Shown here in pieces: positions 17,575 to 28,860 of a stretch of 64,000 nucleotides of DNA. The first letter of the stretch is position 1. Each line of letters starts with the position of its first letter. The notes below the pieces were generated by a model. The model searched no databases. It had not been told where the DNA came from and saw only the letters and a list, made by a program, of their open reading frames with translations. The stretch is from Alphaproteobacteria bacterium (GTDB lineage Bacteria; Pseudomonadota; Alphaproteobacteria; JAAXGF01), in assembly GCA_963555825.3 (NCBI GenBank), contig CAUVXB020000001.1:1920001-1984000 (forward strand). Direction: 5' to 3'. The position numbers and the translations under genes were made by a program.

Positions 17575-20500
17575 ATGCGTATCTCGCGGCGGTTCACGGC
17601 TGAAGGCACCTCGCCTTACGACGGCATCGAGTTCCGTCGAACGACTAGCGAGATACGAAATCCCGACGGATCGGTGGTCTTCCGCCTCGAGGACATCGAG
17701 GTCCCGACGGCTTGGTCGCCGGTCGCCGCCGACATTTTGGCGCAGAAGTATTTCCGCAAGGCCGGCGTCGCCGTCTGCCTCAAGGCCTGCGAGGAAAGCC
17801 AAGTGCCGTCGTGGCTGTGGCGTCACGTGCCCGACGAGGCAGCGCTCGGGAAACTCGCCGAGGACGACCGCGCCGGTCCCGAGCGTTCGGCCAAGCAGGT
17901 CTTCGACCGGCTCGCCGGCACCTGGACCTACTGGGGCTGGAAGGCCGGCTACTTCGACGCCGAGCAAGACGCCAAGGCCTACTACGACGAGATGCGCTAC
18001 ATGCTGAGCACGCAGATGGGCGCGCCCAACTCGCCGCAGTGGTTCAACACCGGCCTGCATTGGGCATACGGCATCGACGGCCCGGCCCAGGGCCATCACT
18101 ACGTCGACTATCAGACCGGCGAGCTGACCCGATCCGAATCGGCCTACGAGCACCCTCAGCCGCACGCCTGTTTCATCCAGTCGGTCGCCGACGACCTGGT
18201 CGGCGAGAACGGCATCATGGATCTCTGGGTGCGCGAGGCGCGGCTGTTCAAGTACGGCTCGGGCACGGGCAGCAACTTCTCGAAGCTGCGCGCCGAGGGC
18301 GAGTCGCTCTCGGGCGGCGGCAAGTCGTCGGGACTGATGAGCTTCCTCAAGGTCGGCGATCGCGCCGCCGGCGCCATCAAGTCGGGCGGCACAACGCGGC
18401 GCGCGGCCAAGATGGTCGTCGTCGACGCCGACCATCCCGATATCGAGAAGTTCATCGACTGGAAGGTCGTCGAAGAGCAGAAGGTCGCCGCGATGGTCGC
18501 CGGCTCGAAGCTCTGCGCCAGGCATCTGAACGAGATCATGGTCGCCTGCCGCGACGGCGACGGCGACGACCGCTTCGATCCCAAGGCGAACGAAGCGCTT
18601 CGACAGGCGGTTCGCGACGCGCGCAAATCGGCGTTGATTCCGGAGACCTACATCCAGCGGATCATGCAGTTCGCCCGCCAGGGCTACACCTCGATCGAAT
18701 TCCCGACATACACGACCGACTGGGATTCCGAATCCTATGTCACGGTGTCGGGGCAGAATTCGAACAACTCGGTGCGCGTTACCGACGACTTCATGCACAA
18801 GGTCATGAACGACGGCGAATGGGTGCTGTTCCGGCGCACCGATGGCAAGCCAGACCGCGCCATCGCGGCGCGCGACCTGTGGGAGAAAATCGCGTACGCC
18901 GCATGGGCCTGCGCCGATCCGGGCGTGCAGTACGATACCACGATCAATGACTGGCATACCTGCCCGGCCTCGGGCCGCATCAACGCCTCGAACCCGTGCT
19001 CCGAGTACATGTTCCTCGACGACACGGCGTGCAATCTGGCGTCGCTCAACCTGCTGACCTACCGGACCGAAGACGGCGGATTCGATGCCGACGGCTTCGC
19101 CCATTCGGTACGGTTGTGGACGATTGCACTCGAGATCGCGGTAACCATGGCGCAGTTCCCGTCGGCCGAGATCGCCCGCCGCTCCTATGACTTCCGCACG
19201 CTGGGCCTCGGCTTCGCCAATATCGGCGGCCTGCTGATGACCGCCGGCCACGGCTATGACAGCGTCGAGGGCCGTGCGATCTGCGGCGCGATCTCGGCGC
19301 TGATGACGGGCGTCGCCTACCGCACCTCGGCCGAGATGGCCGGTGAGCTTGGTGCGTTCCCCGAATACGAACCGAACCGCGCGGCGATGCTGCGGGTCAT
19401 CCGCAATCACCGGCACGCAGCCTACGGCCGGCGCGACGACTATGAAGGTCTGTCGGTACCGCCGACGCCACCGGCCGACGGCGAATGTTCCGACAAGGCA
19501 TTGGTCGAGGCCGCGCGCAAGGCCTGGGACGAGGCGCTCGATCTGGGCCAGAAGAACGGCTACCGCAACGCGCAGGTCAGCGTGGTCGCGCCGACCGGCA
19601 CGATCGGCCTGGTGATGGACTGCGACACCACCGGCATCGAGCCCGATTTCGCCCTCGTCAAGTTCAAGAAACTGGCCGGCGGCGGCTACTTCAAGATCAT
19701 CAACCGCTCGGTGCCCCAGGCGCTCGCCACGCTGGGCTACAGCCAGCTTCAGATCGACGAAATGGTGCGCTACGCGGTCGGCAACGGCACGATCGCCGGC
19801 GCGCCGGGCGTCAACCACGAGACGCTCGCTGAACGCGGGCTCGACAGCGACGCGATCGACAGGGTCGAGGAGGCGCTGGCCAGCGCCTTCGACATCCGCT
19901 TCGTGTTCAACAAGTGGACGCTGGGCGACGCGTTGTGCACCGGCGCACTCGGCTTCAGCGCCGAGCAGCTCGACGAGCCGGGCTTCGACATGCTCGCCTC
20001 GATGGGCTTCGACAAGGCCGACATCGAGGCCGCCAATCTCTTCTGCTGCGGCGCGATGACCCTAGAAGGCGCGCCGCATATGAAGGCCGAGCATCTGCCC
20101 GTGTTCGACTGCGCGAGCCCCTGCGGCCGAGTCGGCAGGCGCGCACTGTCGACCGACAGCCACATCCGCATGATGGCGGCATCGCAACCGTTCATCTCGG
20201 GCGCCATCTCGAAGACCATCAACATGCCGACCGAGGCGACGGTCGAGGCCTGCAAGGACGCCTATCACCTGTCCTGGCGGCTTGGTCTCAAGGCGATCGC
20301 GCTCTACCGGGACGGCTCCAAGCTGTCGCAGCCGCTCAGCGCGCTGACAATCGACGACGATGACGAGGCGGAGACGATCCCCGAGACCGTGCCAGAACGG
20401 ATATTGCGCGTCGTCGAGAAGCAGGCGGCGGTTGGGCGTCAGCGTCTGCCGCAACGGCGCCGCGGCTACGCCCAGAAGGCGATCATCGGCGGACACAAGG

Positions 20501-21201
20501 TCTACCTGCACACAGGTGAGTACGACGATGGCAAACTGGGTGAGATTTTTCTCGACTTGCACAAGGAAGGCGCGGCATTCCGCAGCCTGATGAACAACTT
20601 CGCCATCGCCATATCGATCGGCCTGCAATATGGCGTGCCGCTCGAGGAATTCGTCGAGGCCTTCACTTTCACGCGCTTCGAGCCGTCGGGCATCGTCGAG
20701 GGCAACGAGGCGATCAAGATGTCGACGTCGATCCTCGATTACATCTTCCGCGAATTGGCGATCTCGTATCTCGGCCGCTCCGACCTCGCCCATGTCGAGC
20801 CGAGCGACCTGTTGCCCGACAGCGTCGGGCGCGGCGAAAGCCAAGCCGAACTGGGCGGCAAGTCAGGCCCGGGCGGCGGTGGCCGCGACGATCTCGACAT
20901 CGTCGCGCAGGTCGCCAGTAACGGCTACGTCCGCACGAACCTTAGAGTCGTCGGGGGCGGCGGTAGCGCGGCGACCATTTCGGCCGGAGACATGCAAGCG
21001 GGAACCGGAGGCGGTGGTGCGGCTGCCGCCATCGCGGTTCGCGCATCAATGAGTATCGATCCACGCACCGCGGAAATTCGCGAGGCGCGGATGAAAGGGT
21101 ATGAGGGGGATCCGTGCAACGAATGCGGCAACCTCACACTTGTTCGCAACGGGACGTGTCTGAAGTGCGTCACGTGCGGCGGAACGAGCGGCTGCTCGTG
21201 A
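17575..21201 (+). CDS. nrdJ: Class II (B12-dependent) ribonucleotide reductase
   Basis: [41 protein letters not shown]-terminal CxxC..CxxC and SGCS. Confidence 0.97.
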   Translation: MRISRRFTAEGTSPYDGIEFRRTTSEIRNPDGSVVFRLEDIEVPTAWSPVAADILAQKYFRKAGVAVCLKACEESQVPSWLWRHVPDEAALGKLAEDDRAGPERSAKQVFDRLAGTWTYWGWKAGYFDAEQDAKAYYDEMRYMLSTQMGAPNSPQWFNTGLHWAYGIDGPAQGHHYVDYQTGELTRSESAYEHPQPHACFIQSVADDLVGENGIMDLWVREARLFKYGSGTGSNFSKLRAEGESLSGGGKSSGLMSFLKVGDRAAGAIKSGGTTRRAAKMVVVDADHPDIEKFIDWKVVEEQKVAAMVAGSKLCARHLNEIMVACRDGDGDDRFDPKANEALRQAVRDARKSALIPETYIQRIMQFARQGYTSIEFPTYTTDWDSESYVTVSGQNSNNSVRVTDDFMHKVMNDGEWVLFRRTDGKPDRAIAARDLWEKIAYAAWACADPGVQYDTTINDWHTCPASGRINASNPCSEYMFLDDTACNLASLNLLTYRTEDGGFDADGFAHSVRLWTIALEIAVTMAQFPSAEIARRSYDFRTLGLGFANIGGLLMTAGHGYDSVEGRAICGAISALMTGVAYRTSAEMAGELGAFPEYEPNRAAMLRVIRNHRHAAYGRRDDYEGLSVPPTPPADGECSDKALVEAARKAWDEALDLGQKNGYRNAQVSVVAPTGTIGLVMDCDTTGIEPDFALVKFKKLAGGGYFKIINRSVPQALATLGYSQLQIDEMVRYAVGNGTIAGAPGVNHETLAERGLDSDAIDRVEEALASAFDIRFVFNKWTLGDALCTGALGFSAEQLDEPGFDMLASMGFDKADIEAANLFCCGAMTLEGAPHMKAEHLPVFDCASPCGRVGRRALSTDSHIRMMAASQPFISGAISKTINMPTEATVEACKDAYHLSWRLGLKAIALYRDGSKLSQPLSALTIDDDDEAETIPETVPERILRVVEKQAAVGRQRLPQRRRGYAQKAIIGGHKVYLHTGEYDDGKLGEIFLDLHKEGAAFRSLMNNFAIAISIGLQYGVPLEEFVEAFTFTRFEPSGIVEGNEAIKMSTSILDYIFRELAISYLGRSDLAHVEPSDLLPDSVGRGESQAELGGKSGPGGGGRDDLDIVAQVASNGYVRTNLRVVGGGGSAATISAGDMQAGTGGGGAAAAIAVRASMSIDPRTAEIREARMKGYEGDPCNECGNLTLVRNGTCLKCVTCGGTSGCS

Positions 21202-21321
21202 GCCGGTAGTCGACGGTGGTCTAGACATAGTCCCGTTGCGGCGCCTGCGGCCTGGCACTAGGTCTGCCGGGTCGCGTAGTAAGCCATGGCTCTGTCCATG
21301 GTGTGTCCTCCCTGACTTATG

Positions 21322-21351
21322 GGGCGCGCGCCCGGAGCGCCCCATTTTTTT
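21322..21351 (+). terminator. Putative intrinsic terminator downstream of nrdJ
   Basis: GGGCGC...GCGCCC stem followed by A and a T8 run. Confidence 0.55.
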
Positions 21352-21381
21352 GCCCGTCTTTCGGCGCACATCCGTGACGTC

Positions 21382-21410
21382 GTAGGGGCGGGTTTCAAAC
21401 CCGCCCCTAC
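21382..21410. repeat. GTAG-type REP-like palindrome
   Basis: GTAGGGGCGGGTTT-C-AAACCCGCCCCTAC, perfect 14-bp arms, between convergent nrdJ and aspS. Confidence 0.8.
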
Positions 21411-21434
21411 ATCAGTCGGCTTTTCGCCTACTGG

Positions 21435-23222
21435 CTAACCGTCTTCCTTGAGCTTGGGCGGCAAGGCGACGCGAATGTGCAGTTCCTTGAGATGCGTGTC
21501 CGCCGCTGGCGCCGGCGCGCCCATCATCAGATCCTGCGCCTGCTGGTTCATCGGGAAGGTGATAACCTCGCGAATGTTCGGCTCGTCGGCGAGCAGCATG
21601 ACGATGCGATCGATGCCTGGCGCAATGCCGCCGTGGGGCGGCGCGCCGAACTTGAAGGCGTGCAACAGCGCCGGGAACTGCGTCTCGACCGCCGTGGCCG
21701 GATAGCCGGCGATCTCGAAGGCCTTGTACATGATTTCGGGCAGGTGGTTCCGGATCGCGCCGCTCGAAAGTTCGGTGCCGTTGCAGACGATGTCGTACTG
21801 ATAGGCCAGTACGTCGAGCGGGTCCTGGCTTTCGAGCGCCTCGAGCCCGCCTTGCGGCATCGAGAACGGGTTGTGGCTGAATTCGACCTTGCCGGTCTTC
21901 TCGTCCAGCTCGTACATCGGATAGTCGACGACCCAGCAGAAACGAAAGACGCCGGGCTCGATAAGCCCGAGGTCCGTGCCGATACGGGTGCGCACCGTGC
22001 CGGCGAACTTCTCGGCCGCCGGCTGTTTGTCGCAGGCGAAGAACACCGCATCGCCGTCGCCGACGCCGGCGATCTCGCGGATCATCGCCAGCCGGTCGTC
22101 GTCGAGCAGCTTGGCGATCGGCCCCTTGCCGGCGCCGTCGGCGAAAATGATGTAGGCGAGGCCCGCCGCGCCCTCCTCGCGCGCCCAGTCGTTGAGCTTG
22201 TCGAAATAGCTGCGCGGCCGGTCGCCGGCGCCCGGCGCCGGGATCGCGCGCACCACCGCGCCCTTCGCAATGTTGCCGGCGAAGATGCCGAAACCCGAAT
22301 CGCGAAATGCATCGGTGACGTCGGTGACGATCAGCGGGTTGCGCAGATCGGGCTTGTCGCTGCCATATCTCAGCATCGTCTCGGCATAGGGGATGCGCGG
22401 AAACGGTGACGCAGTCACGGTGTTATCGGTAAACTCTTCGAACAGCCCGTGCATGACCGGCTCGATCGCCGCGAAGACGTCGTCTTGCTCGACGAACGAC
22501 ATCTCCATGTCGAGTTGGTAGAACTCGCCGGGCGAGCGATCGGCGCGCGCGTCCTCATCGCGAAAGCACGGCGCAATCTGGAAGTAACGGTCGAAGCCCG
22601 AGACCATGACCAGCTGCTTGAACTGCTGAGGCGCCTGCGGCAAAGCGTAGAACTCACCCGGATGCATTCGGCTGGGCACCAGGAAGTCGCGCGCGCCTTC
22701 CGGCGAGCTGGCAGTCAGGATTGGTGTCTGGAACTCGGTGAAGCCCCGCTCGATCATGCGGCGCCGGATGCTCGCGATGATCTCGGCGCGCAGCATGATA
22801 TTGGCGTGCATCTTCTCGCGTCTGAGATCGAGGAAGCGGTAGCGCAAGCGCGTCTCTTCCGGGTATTCCTGATCGCCATGGACTTGCAACGGCAATACAT
22901 CGGCCATCGACTGGACCTCGAAGTCGCCGATATCGACCTCGACTTCGCCCGTCGCCAGCTTGGCGTTTACCGTGTCCTCGGTGCGCGCGACCAGCTCGCC
23001 CGTCACCGTGACGACGCTTTCCGGCCGCACGCCTTCGACCGCGGCAAAGTCGGCGTGACTCGTATCGACGACGCATTGCGTGATGCCGTAATGGTCGCGC
23101 AAATCGAGGAACAACAGATTGCCGTGGTCGCGCTTGCGATGGACCCACCCGGAAAGGCGAACCGTCTCGCCGACGTGCGTCGGCCTCAACTCGTTGCAGT
23201 TGTGCGTCCGATACCGATGCAT
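21435..23222 (-). CDS. aspS: Aspartate-tRNA ligase
   Basis: [47 protein letters not shown]. Confidence 0.98.
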   Translation of the reverse strand: MHRYRTHNCNELRPTHVGETVRLSGWVHRKRDHGNLLFLDLRDHYGITQCVVDTSHADFAAVEGVRPESVVTVTGELVARTEDTVNAKLATGEVEVDIGDFEVQSMADVLPLQVHGDQEYPEETRLRYRFLDLRREKMHANIMLRAEIIASIRRRMIERGFTEFQTPILTASSPEGARDFLVPSRMHPGEFYALPQAPQQFKQLVMVSGFDRYFQIAPCFRDEDARADRSPGEFYQLDMEMSFVEQDDVFAAIEPVMHGLFEEFTDNTVTASPFPRIPYAETMLRYGSDKPDLRNPLIVTDVTDAFRDSGFGIFAGNIAKGAVVRAIPAPGAGDRPRSYFDKLNDWAREEGAAGLAYIIFADGAGKGPIAKLLDDDRLAMIREIAGVGDGDAVFFACDKQPAAEKFAGTVRTRIGTDLGLIEPGVFRFCWVVDYPMYELDEKTGKVEFSHNPFSMPQGGLEALESQDPLDVLAYQYDIVCNGTELSSGAIRNHLPEIMYKAFEIAGYPATAVETQFPALLHAFKFGAPPHGGIAPGIDRIVMLLADEPNIREVITFPMNQQAQDLMMGAPAPAADTHLKELHIRVALPPKLKEDG

Positions 23223-23371
23223 TCTCGCGTCCCTCTTCACCACGCCGACGCCGGTTTCGGCCGGCCTCGGGCGAGCGGAACAGCGCATGGAACCGCTGCC
23301 CTTGTCAAGGACCGAGACCGGCGTGGATTTGCCAGCGGGCAAAACCGCGCCACAATGCCTATGATGGGGTC

Positions 23372-24541
23372 ATGAAAACGATTACCAGTACCGACGACCT
23401 TGCGCGACTTTGCGCGCGCCTTGCGAGCGCGGACTATGTCACGGTCGACACCGAGTTCATGCGCGAGACCACGTTTTGGCCGCTGCTCTGCCTGGTGCAG
23501 ATCGCCGGACCCGACGACGCGGCGATCATCGATCCACTGGCCAACGGGATGGACCTCGCGCCGCTTTTCGAATTGATGGCCAACGAAGGCGTCCTCAAGG
23601 TCTTCCACGCCGCGCGCCAGGATCTCGAAATCTTCCATCATCTGAGTGGCCACGTGCCGACACCGATATTCGACAGCCAGGTGGCGGCGATGGTCGCCGG
23701 CTTCGGCGACTCGGTGTCGTACGAAGCGCTCGCCTCGAAACTCGCCAAGGCGCGCATCGACAAGTCCTCGCGCTTCACCGATTGGTCGCACCGGCCGCTC
23801 AGCGATCGCCAGCTCAAATATGCGCTCGACGACGTAACGCATCTGCGCGTCATTTACCAACGTCTTGCCAAACAGCTCAAGCAGACCGGCCGGGCCGATT
23901 GGCTGACCGAGGAGATGGCCGCACTCGCCGACCCACGGACCTACGAACAGCACCCCGAGGACGCTTGGAAGCGCCTCAAGACCCGCTCGACCGAGCCGCG
24001 TTTCCTTGCCGTGCTGTTCGAGGTCGCCGCATGGCGTGAGCGCGAGGCCCAGCGCCGCGATCTGCCGCGCAACCGCGTCCTGCGCAATGAGGCGCTGATC
24101 GAGATCGCCGCGCATCGGCCGACGACGCCGGAGGCGTTGGCGCGAACACGCGGCCTCGGCCGGTCACTCGCCGAGGGCGCCATGGGCCGCGGCATCATCG
24201 CGGCGGTCGAGCGCGGCAAGGCCTTGCCTGATGCGGATTGCCCCCGGCTGCCGGCAGCGCAGCCCAAATCGCGTGGCATCGGTCCCGTTGTCGAACTCAT
24301 GAAAGTGTTGCTCAAACTGCGCTGCGAGGAACACGACGTGGCGCAGAAGCTGATTGCCAACGTCGCCGATCTCGAACGGATCGCCGGCGAGGACGACCCG
24401 GACGTGCCGGCGCTTCACGGCTGGCGGCGCGAAATCTTCGGCGCCGACGCGATCGCACTCAAACGCGGCGAGCTTGCGCTTGCACTACGCGGCGGCCGCC
24501 TCCAGCCGGTCCCCCTCGCCCGCATCCAGGCGGCCGACTGA
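23372..24541 (+). CDS. rnd: Ribonuclease D
   Basis: VDTEFMRE, VFHAARQD, FDSQVA, TDWSHRPL, YALDDV, HRDC domain. Confidence 0.96.
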   Translation: MKTITSTDDLARLCARLASADYVTVDTEFMRETTFWPLLCLVQIAGPDDAAIIDPLANGMDLAPLFELMANEGVLKVFHAARQDLEIFHHLSGHVPTPIFDSQVAAMVAGFGDSVSYEALASKLAKARIDKSSRFTDWSHRPLSDRQLKYALDDVTHLRVIYQRLAKQLKQTGRADWLTEEMAALADPRTYEQHPEDAWKRLKTRSTEPRFLAVLFEVAAWREREAQRRDLPRNRVLRNEALIEIAAHRPTTPEALARTRGLGRSLAEGAMGRGIIAAVERGKALPDADCPRLPAAQPKSRGIGPVVELMKVLLKLRCEEHDVAQKLIANVADLERIAGEDDPDVPALHGWRREIFGADAIALKRGELALALRGGRLQPVPLARIQAAD

Positions 24542-24878
24542 ACTCCTCGTCCTACAGCGTACCCGGGTAGTTGCCGCCGTCGAGCAGCAGGTTCTGGCCG
24601 GTGATGAAGCCGGCCTGGGCACTGCACAGATAGGCGCAGGCGTCGCCGAACTCGGGCCGGATCGCCGAAGCGGCCGGCGGGGTTGCGCGCGGCGCCCTCG
24701 GCATAGACTTCGTCAAACGGGCGACCGGACTTCTCAGCCGAGTGACTGTAGTTCGAACGCAGCCGGTCCGTGTCGAAGGGTCCCGGCAACAGGCCGTTGA
24801 TCGTGACGTTGTGGCGCACCGTCTTGCGCGCGACGCCGGCGACGAAGCCGGTCAGGCCGGCGCGGGCGCCGTTCGACA

Positions 24879-26531
24879 GGGTGTGGGTCTGGTATGGAAA
24901 ATCTAAGTCATTGATTTAGTGCGTTTTTGTGTCGAGACGAACGGCCGAAATCGGCTATTCGTGACAATGGGCCGCTCCAAGGCAGGATTTTGTTACGACG
25001 GCAGGGTCGAGCAGGGGAAGGTGGGAACGCTCCGCACCGCCAGAAGCGGTACGATGCCGTGTCTCGAAACCCAACATCGGGAGCATTCCCATGGCAGTAT
25101 CCCCGCCTCCGGCGCCTTCGTCCATCGATCTTTCCGGCCTGCCTCCTCGGGTCGTCGAGGCGGCCGCCCGGGTGCTCGCACTGTGTCGCGAGGAGCTTCG
25201 TTCCGAGCCGCGCCCCGAGGCGCCCGAGGAGGTCGAGTTGCGGGTGCGTGAGGCCACGAACGAGTTCGCTCGCGATGTCATGGGCGCCGTCATCGAGAAC
25301 CGGGACGATGGCGCTTCCCGGATCGAGCGGGACGGGCAGAGCTGGTTCCGGGTCGCGGTGACGCCGAAGACGATCATGACCTCGCTCGGTCCGGTGACCT
25401 ACCGGCGAGCGCGTTACCGCAGCGGCGCGAGCGGGGCATCGCCGGTGCCGGTCGACGAGAGCCTGGGCCTCGTCGACGATTACCTGACGCGGCCGGCGGC
25501 CGAGCTCGGTCTGCTGATGATGGGTCACTGCACGGCCCGGGAAGCGGCGGCGTTCTTTGCGAAGACCGGCGCCATGACGCCGTCGGTGAGCACCCTGCAG
25601 CGCCTGACCCTGAGCATGCACGAATGCTGGGAGAGCCTCGGCCCGGAGACGCTGGGCAGCATCCGTGAGGCCGAGGGCATACCGCAGGACGCGACCACCG
25701 CCTCGGTCTCCCTCGACGGCGTCATGGTGCCGCTGAGACCCGGCGAGGACGGTCGCGCCAAGGCCTCCTGGCGCGAGGCTGCCTGCGGCACGGTCTCCTT
25801 CCACGACGCCGAGGGCAAGCGCCTGAAGACCCTCTATCTCGGCCGCATGCCGGAGAGCGGCAAGCTCACGCTGAAGGCGCAGCTTGCAAGCGAAGTCGCA
25901 CACATCAGGCGAGCACGCCCCGAGATCGGGATCGTCGCTATCGCCGATGGCGCCGCCGACAACTGGACCTTCCTGGAGACCCTGTCGCCCGAAACCGAGG
26001 TGATCGACTTCTGGCATGCTTGCGAACATCTGCAAACCGCGTCCGACCATGCCGTGGCGCCCGGCTGGTTCGAGAAGTACCGCGAGATCCTCCGTCACGA
26101 TCCCCGTGGCGTCGCCAAGGTGATCCGGGCGCTGCGCCACCTTCGCGATGCCGCCGCTGCGCCGGACCGGGCCGAGACCGAGCGGGAACTCGCCTTCTTC
26201 CGCAAGCATCGCCATCGCATGCGCTACCACGCCCTGAAGGAAGAGGGCATCGCCATCGGCTCAGGCGTGGTCGAAGCTGCCAACAAGACCCTGGTGACAC
26301 AGCGCATGAAGCGCTCCGGCATGCGCTGGCGGATCGTCGGCGGACAGGCTGTTCTGACCTTCCGCGCCCTGATCAAATCCGGCCGCTTCGAGCGGGCATG
26401 GAAGGCCCTGATCAGCGCAACCGACACACCGGCCAACGACAACATCAGTCCACGTGCAGCAGCCATGGCAATCGCTGCCTGAACTCAACGAACCAAGCCG
26501 CAGACATCACTGCCATGCGAGACTCGCACCC
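24879..26531 (+). mobile_element. ISKra4-like insertion sequence
   Basis: Ends GGGTGTGGGTCT / AGACTCGCACCC; 8-bp direct repeat GTTCGACA at 24871-24878 and 26532-26539. Confidence 0.9.
25091..26482 (+). CDS. ISKra4-family DDE transposase
   Basis: SLDGVMV, IADGAADNW, IDFWHACEHL, IGSGVVEAANK, RMKRSGMRW. Confidence 0.9.
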   Translation: MAVSPPPAPSSIDLSGLPPRVVEAAARVLALCREELRSEPRPEAPEEVELRVREATNEFARDVMGAVIENRDDGASRIERDGQSWFRVAVTPKTIMTSLGPVTYRRARYRSGASGASPVPVDESLGLVDDYLTRPAAELGLLMMGHCTAREAAAFFAKTGAMTPSVSTLQRLTLSMHECWESLGPETLGSIREAEGIPQDATTASVSLDGVMVPLRPGEDGRAKASWREAACGTVSFHDAEGKRLKTLYLGRMPESGKLTLKAQLASEVAHIRRARPEIGIVAIADGAADNWTFLETLSPETEVIDFWHACEHLQTASDHAVAPGWFEKYREILRHDPRGVAKVIRALRHLRDAAAAPDRAETERELAFFRKHRHRMRYHALKEEGIAIGSGVVEAANKTLVTQRMKRSGMRWRIVGGQAVLTFRALIKSGRFERAWKALISATDTPANDNISPRAAAMAIAA

Positions 26532-26995
26532 GTTCGACAGGCCGAGAATATCGATCGGCGCCTTCACCGCGCCCGAGGTGATGTTGACGATGCGTCCGAA
26601 GCGGCGCGCGATCATGCCGTCGACCGTCGCCTTGATCAGGAAGATCGCGGTCAGCATGTTGGCGTCGATCGCCTTGATCCAGTCGTCGCGGTCCCAATCC
26701 CGAAAATCGCCGGGCGGCGGGCCGCCGGCGTTGTTGATCAGGATGTCGGGCTCGGGACAGGCGGCCAGCACCCGTTCGCGGCCCTCGGGCGTCGTGATGT
26801 CGCAGGCCACCGCGGCAACCTTGGCGCCGGTAGCGGTGCGGATCTCCGCCGCCGTCGCCTCAAGGGTCTCCGCCGTCCGCGCGTTGATCACGAGGTTACA
26901 GCCTTCGCGTGCGAGCGATAGGGCGCAGGCGCGTCCCAGCCCCTTGCTTGCGGCGCAGACGATGGCGTGTTTTCCGGCCAATCCCAGTTCCATGG

Positions 26996-28117
26996 CTAGT
27001 GTCCCGATTCCGAAGTTCGCATGATTTTCGCCTGCTGTTCAGCGATTTCGATTGTTCGGAGGCAGAAGCGCTGGATGGCGCCGAGGATGTCATCGGCGGA
27101 TTTGGTCCATTTGAAGGGTTTGGGGTTCTGGTTTGTCGTGTCGATGTAGTCGAGGATGGTGCGCTCCAACTCCTTGGTGGAGCGATGGACGCCGCGCCTG
27201 ATCTGCTTGTCGGTCAGCAGCCCGAACCAGCGCTCGACCTGGTTCAGCCAGGAGGCGCTGGTGGGTGTGAAATGGGCCTGCCAGCGCGGCCGTTTGGCGA
27301 ACCAGTCGCGGATCGCCTTGGTCTTGTGGGTCCCGTAGTTGTCCATGACGATGTGGATGTCGAGATCAGCAGGGACGTTCGCCTCGACGAGGTCGAGGAA
27401 TTTGCGGAACTCTCGGGCCCGATGGCGCGGGAAACATTTGCCGATGATCTCTCCCGTGGCGATGTCGAGGGCCGCGAAGAGAGAGGTCGTGCCGTGGCGC
27501 TTGTAGTCGTGGCTGCGCCGCTCCGCCTGCCCGGGGCGCATCGGCAAGAGGGGCTGGGAACGGTCCAGGGCCTGGATCTGGCTCTTTTCGTCGACACAGA
27601 GAACCAGGGCACGATCCGGCGGCGCCAAATACAGACCGACGATGTCGCGGACCTTCTCCACGAAGAAGGGATCGCTCGACAGCTTGAAGGTCTCCGAGCG
27701 ATGCGGCTGCAAGCCGAAGGCCCGCCAGATGCGATGAATGGTCGAGGGCGCGTGGCCGCTCGCCCGCGCCATCGAGCGAAGGCTCCAATGGGTCGCGTCC
27801 GGCGGCGTCTCTTCCAGCGTCAGCCGGACCGCTTCCGCGATGGCGTCATCGCCGATTTGACGCGGCGCGCCGGGGCGGGGTTCGTCGTACAGACCGTCGA
27901 GGCCCTCCGCCGCATAGCGGCGACGCCACTTGCCCACGGTGTCCGCGCTCGCCTCGAGACGAACGGCGATCTCCTTGTTCTCCAACCCTTCCGCCGCCGC
28001 CAAGACGATCCGAGCCCGCCGCGCAAGCCCCTGCGACGTCTTGCGACGACGAGACAGCGCCTCCAATTCGGCGCGCTCGTCATCGCTCAAAGAGATCGTC
28101 ACCGCCACTCTCGCCAT
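26996..28117 (-). CDS. IS630-family transposase
   Basis: HTH region, [50 protein letters not shown]. Confidence 0.96.
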   Translation of the reverse strand: MARVAVTISLSDDERAELEALSRRRKTSQGLARRARIVLAAAEGLENKEIAVRLEASADTVGKWRRRYAAEGLDGLYDEPRPGAPRQIGDDAIAEAVRLTLEETPPDATHWSLRSMARASGHAPSTIHRIWRAFGLQPHRSETFKLSSDPFFVEKVRDIVGLYLAPPDRALVLCVDEKSQIQALDRSQPLLPMRPGQAERRSHDYKRHGTTSLFAALDIATGEIIGKCFPRHRAREFRKFLDLVEANVPADLDIHIVMDNYGTHKTKAIRDWFAKRPRWQAHFTPTSASWLNQVERWFGLLTDKQIRRGVHRSTKELERTILDYIDTTNQNPKPFKWTKSADDILGAIQRFCLRTIEIAEQQAKIMRTSESGH

Positions 28118-28176
28118 CAATCGCGCCTCCTAAAAACAAATAGAGACATAATCATATCAATTTATCGATCAGGACA
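27000..28176 (-). mobile_element. IS630-family element
   Basis: Ends TGTCCCGAT / ATCAGGACA flanked by CTAG at 26996-26999 and 28177-28180 (TA-centred target). Confidence 0.9.
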
Positions 28177-28860
28177 CTAGCTTCCTTTGTCGTTTACTTC
28201 GATCTCGTTCAGGACCCGCCGCGCGAGCGGGATGGTGATGTTCCGGTGCCCGGTCAGCGCGGCTGCGTCGAGCGCGGCGACAATCCGCCGGGCGGCATCG
28301 AGCGAGCGTTCCATGCGCGCCAACAGGAAGCTCACGACCTCTTCGCCAACACGCAGCTGGCGGTCAAAGAACAGCTTGGCGAGGACGGCGCCGATCAGCG
28401 CGTCGTTTGGCGCCCCGATGGCCACCGCGGGCGCCGCGGCGAGCCGTGAGCGCAAATCGGGCAAGTCGATCGGCCAGCGCGCCGGCGGCGCCTCGGCCAG
28501 GATGAGCAGATGGCCGCCGCGCTCGGCCACCACATTGAAAAGGTGAAGCAGGGCCTGCTCATCCAACCGTGTTGGGTCGATATCGTCGACGACGGCGTAT
28601 CGCCACTCGCCCAGAACCTCGGCCGGGGTGCGGCCGGCAACTTCGGAAGCAATCAACCGCCGCGCGCTACTGTTTGCCTGCCAGACATGCGCTAGATGGG
28701 TCTTGCCGCAGCCCGGAGGGCCATGAATCGTCAGCGCGGGCGCCGGCCAGTCGGGCCAGCGATCGAGCCACAACACCGCGCCTCGATTCGATTCGGCAAT
28801 CAGGAAGTCGTCGGCGCCGAGCGCGGCACGATGTCCAAAATCCAGAGCGAGTTGGCTCAA
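28177..28860 (-). CDS. hdaA: DnaA regulatory inactivator HdaA
   Basis: QLALDF beta-clamp motif, GPPGCGKTHLA, LPDLRSRL, RMERS; TTG start overlaps upstream stop. Confidence 0.88.
   Translation of the reverse strand: MSQLALDFGHRAALGADDFLIAESNRGAVLWLDRWPDWPAPALTIHGPPGCGKTHLAHVWQANSSARRLIASEVAGRTPAEVLGEWRYAVVDDIDPTRLDEQALLHLFNVVAERGGHLLILAEAPPARWPIDLPDLRSRLAAAPAVAIGAPNDALIGAVLAKLFFDRQLRVGEEVVSFLLARMERSLDAARRIVAALDAAALTGHRNITIPLARRVLNEIEVNDKGS

Larger units (their letters stand above)
24552..26993 (-). pseudogene. SDR oxidoreductase interrupted by an IS and a +1 frameshift
   Basis: 5' part MELGLAGKHAIVCAASKGLG...LGLSN (26993-26532) resumes as GARAGLTGF below 24871; extra C near 24655 disrupts GDPAEFGDACAYLCS. 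Confidence 0.88.

Noticed and set aside
17554-19818. 754-aa minus-strand ORF
   Set aside because: Antisense shadow of nrdJ
17575-21201. Intein or intron in the long nrdJ
   Set aside because: Length fits alphaproteobacterial NrdJ with its C-terminal domain; no splice-junction or homing-endonuclease motifs seen
24908-26230. 440-aa minus-strand ORF inside the ISKra4-like element as a passenger gene
   Set aside because: Fully antisense to the transposase with no recognisable domain
26909-28180. 423-aa plus-strand ORF over IS630
   Set aside because: Antisense shadow of the IS630 transposase
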